DNA from: a virus
IMG/VR virus record: IMGVR_UViG_3300042090_003221
Location: 1 to 64,000 of that record
Length of the DNA stretch: 64,000 nucleotides
Reading direction: 5' to 3' (one strand)
Shown here piece after piece: positions 61,851-64,000 of the stretch. A program made the position numbers and the translations under genes. Positions within the stretch are counted from its first letter, which is position 1. Each line of letters begins with the position of its first letter. The notes beneath the pieces are model-generated. The model saw nothing but the letters and a program-made list of their open reading frames with translations, searched no databases and had not been told where the DNA came from.

Positions 61851-63635
61851 TCAATTGTTCAAGAGATTGGGACCGCAAGATAAGGCCACGCGAGAAATTA
61901 GGCCATTGTAGGGGTTGTTGCCCTGTGCGTTGCCGATTGTGATTGGCGAAGCAAATGCGGGGAGGGCCGCTGCAACGGGAGCTGATAAGACACCATTGAA
62001 GCGGGACGTGAGCGTCGTTGTCGTGATGGAAGACGCAAACCTGCCAGAAACTCCCACGGACTGCGCCGCTTGCACTGTAGTGGCAAGGGTTGTCCCATTG
62101 TAGGACCACGCCGAGGGAATGCCGATAGTTCCATAACGTCGGTGCAGATAGTAACCAGAGCCAGCGGGCCAGTATAGCGCGACTTGATCCTGTGCGGTGC
62201 TGCCGGTGATTGGTTCATAGGGCGTCGAAACCGTCAGCATCGAACGCGAGGTAGACGCGCCGCAATTCGGGGCCGGGAGGTTGATTATCGTAAGCGCCCG
62301 TGTCACTGCGCCTGAACTCGTCAGTATCGGACCCGTGGCGAAACCCAGCGCCGAGTTGTCGGTTGGCGTCAGGTTGACGGTCGGGTTCGTCGTGAATAGC
62401 GCGCCTGTTATCCCAATCGAGCCGACGTTCTGCGAGTTGTTGACAGTCCAACTAAGTCCGCTGCCGCCAGTGATGACGGTTCCGGCCGAAATTCCAGTAC
62501 CAGTTAGTGTCTGCCCGATGACGATTGAGCCCAGTGAAACCGACGAGACGGTAAGCGTAGTTCCGGAAATGGCGCCTTGGAAATATGAGTCAAACAGGTA
62601 CGCGCCAGCGGGGGGCAGGGAAGAGTAAGAACCTCCAACCGGGACAGAATTGACGCTTGCGACGCCGCCAGAAATGCTGACGTTGACCTGGGCGGTTGTA
62701 GTGCTCGTACCGAACGCAACGTACATATTTCTCGGCGTTGTGCCCGTTCCGCCAGCGCCGCCACTCGCAATCGCCGCGCTCGCGACGGTGGCGGGCAGGT
62801 TGGGGTTAAGCTCGATCTGCGGTTGCCAGAAACGTACCGTGACATCGACTGTAGCGGTCGATGAGTTTAAATTCACAACGAAAGCTGGATAAACAAAAGC
62901 CGTCGCGGACAGCAAGGGAGTCGCTGAAACGACCATCAATTGTCTATTAGCAAGAGCGGCTACCGACGTCGAAGACGTCTTGTTAGAGACAAACGATCCA
63001 CCACTGTTGACGAAGTCAACATTGTAACCTATTGAATTTATATTTGCGACATTCGGTGATGCGATAATCTGCGCATAAACGGACTGACTCCAAGTCTGTC
63101 CGTAACTCGCAGTGATCTGCGTTGACGCCTCGAATGATAAGCCAGGAAACTGATACGACGCCGTGCCGTAGAAGCGCACGTCGACGTAGTTCATGCCATA
63201 GCTGACGCCGGTCGAGACGATCTGCGTCGATAATCCCGGGGCGTAGAGAGACCAATACTGCGGCGGCGTACCCGGGGTTCCAACAACCGCACCCTGCATT
63301 GTTGAATTGCGAATCCCGTTCGTCCGCGCCTCCCACGCCCACAAGCCACAGCCCAGCGTGATCGCGGGAGTATTGGCGGGGAACGGGCCGTAGAGTTGGG
63401 CGTTGCAGACTTCATATTCCTGCGAGGCGCGCGAGACGTTAAGCTGGCTGGGCGTCAGGCCCCAATAGCGGGAGTGAGCGAAGTCCATGTCCGGGTTCGC
63501 GGCGGGCAAGATCCAGCCGGGCGGATTCCCGATCACCGGGAAGATATTTTTCGAGACCGCGGCCGCGGAGCCGGCGCTGAGCAGCGCGCAAACCGCCGCG
63601 AATAGGCTGAGAGCCCTGATCAAACGCGAGGTCAT
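61851..63635 (-). CDS. Head-spike/fibre-like protein with signal-peptide-like N-terminus
   Basis: DMDF....Y, SRAS, GL..WEARTN.IRNS, PQ.E, I.TS..AVTRA. Confidence 0.75.
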   Translation of the reverse strand: MTSRLIRALSLFAAVCALLSAGSAAAVSKNIFPVIGNPPGWILPAANPDMDFAHSRYWGLTPSQLNVSRASQEYEVCNAQLYGPFPANTPAITLGCGLWAWEARTNGIRNSTMQGAVVGTPGTPPQYWSLYAPGLSTQIVSTGVSYGMNYVDVRFYGTASYQFPGLSFEASTQITASYGQTWSQSVYAQIIASPNVANINSIGYNVDFVNSGGSFVSNKTSSTSVAALANRQLMVVSATPLLSATAFVYPAFVVNLNSSTATVDVTVRFWQPQIELNPNLPATVASAAIASGGAGGTGTTPRNMYVAFGTSTTTAQVNVSISGGVASVNSVPVGGSYSSLPPAGAYLFDSYFQGAISGTTLTVSSVSLGSIVIGQTLTGTGISAGTVITGGSGLSWTVNNSQNVGSIGITGALFTTNPTVNLTPTDNSALGFATGPILTSSGAVTRALTIINLPAPNCGASTSRSMLTVSTPYEPITGSTAQDQVALYWPAGSGYYLHRRYGTIGIPSAWSYNGTTLATTVQAAQSVGVSGRFASSITTTTLTSRFNGVLSAPVAAALPAFASPITIGNAQGNNPYNGLISRVALSCGPNLLNN

Positions 63636-63643
63636 GCTCGATC

Positions 63644-64000
63644 TCAGTTCTGCGGGCCGGATAGCGACAAGGACAGCGTCGCGGAGGCGCCGGGAACGTC
63701 GGCGGCGACAGTTTGCAGGCAGGCGTAGAGGTTCTGCGTCGACGTGCCGTCCGCGTTCTTGTAGTCCCACGACAGATTCGTGAGGGGCGCGTAGGTTTTG
63801 GCGTCGCCGGTTGTGATCTGGGGGGCGGCAAACGAAATCGAGACCGGGCCAGCGCCGATGAGATAGGCGTCGTCGGTTGTGCTCGACGCGAAAGCTGCGT
63901 TGTCGGCGCAGGTCGTGTTGGTTGGGTTTTTGTTCCACACCCGCACGACATAGGTCTGCGTCGAGCCCCAAGAGGTCCAGGCGAGCAGCGACGTGATTAT
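63644..64000 (-). CDS. Putative virion protein, 5' end outside the window
   Basis: Frame open to the window edge; beta-rich, ends NLYACL. Confidence 0.65.
   Translation of the reverse strand: MITSLLAWTSWGSTQTYVVRVWNKNPTNTTCADNAAFASSTTDDAYLIGAGPVSISFAAPQITTGDAKTYAPLTNLSWDYKNADGTSTQNLYACLQTVAADVPGASATLSLSLSGPQN

Larger units (their letters stand above)
1..64000. mobile_element. Tailed phage/prophage segment (contractile-tail morphogenesis module plus accessory islands)
   Basis: Ordered MuF, prohead protease, capsid, neck, sheath, tube, tape measure, baseplate J, fibres and endolysin; no host housekeeping genes. Confidence 0.96.

Overview
The window is a GC-rich segment of a tailed phage or prophage with a contractile (myovirus-type) tail. 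The gene content suggests an alphaproteobacterial (Hyphomicrobiales-like) host; this is inference. The late/structural operon runs on the minus strand from right to left: head-spike-like fibre, MuF head morphogenesis protein, DUF2213-type prohead protease, scaffold, decoration protein, DUF2184-type major capsid, neck, sheath, tube, tail chaperone (-1 frameshift), tape measure, baseplate, a large fibre module and lysis genes. Terminase, portal, integrase and replication genes are not in the window. Main observations: (1) Three free-standing effector proteins sit downstream of MuF: two HExxH zinc peptidases and one RelA/SpoT-like nucleotidyltransferase. They share a leader ending in L-A-x-D, the same motif that recurs in the protease, scaffold, capsid and MuF, followed by a common 'WIT(V/I)H...GG.GGK..GK' module. 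This is a candidate modular, protease-gated capsid-cargo system. (2) An ~11 kb plus-strand island of small genes lies inside the head module and is driven by six promoters carrying the same AGGAC-N5-GTCCT operator. It ends in an HD hydrolase/HTH/small-protein operon that converges on the RelA/SpoT-like effector. (3) A PlcP/LpxH-like phosphoesterase and a ceramide-glucosyltransferase-like enzyme lie in the lysis region. (4) Smaller signals: a candidate structured RNA, an amber-interrupted membrane-anchored lysozyme-like gene, and an SSB-tail mimic. All family assignments come from motif recognition by eye; no searches were run.
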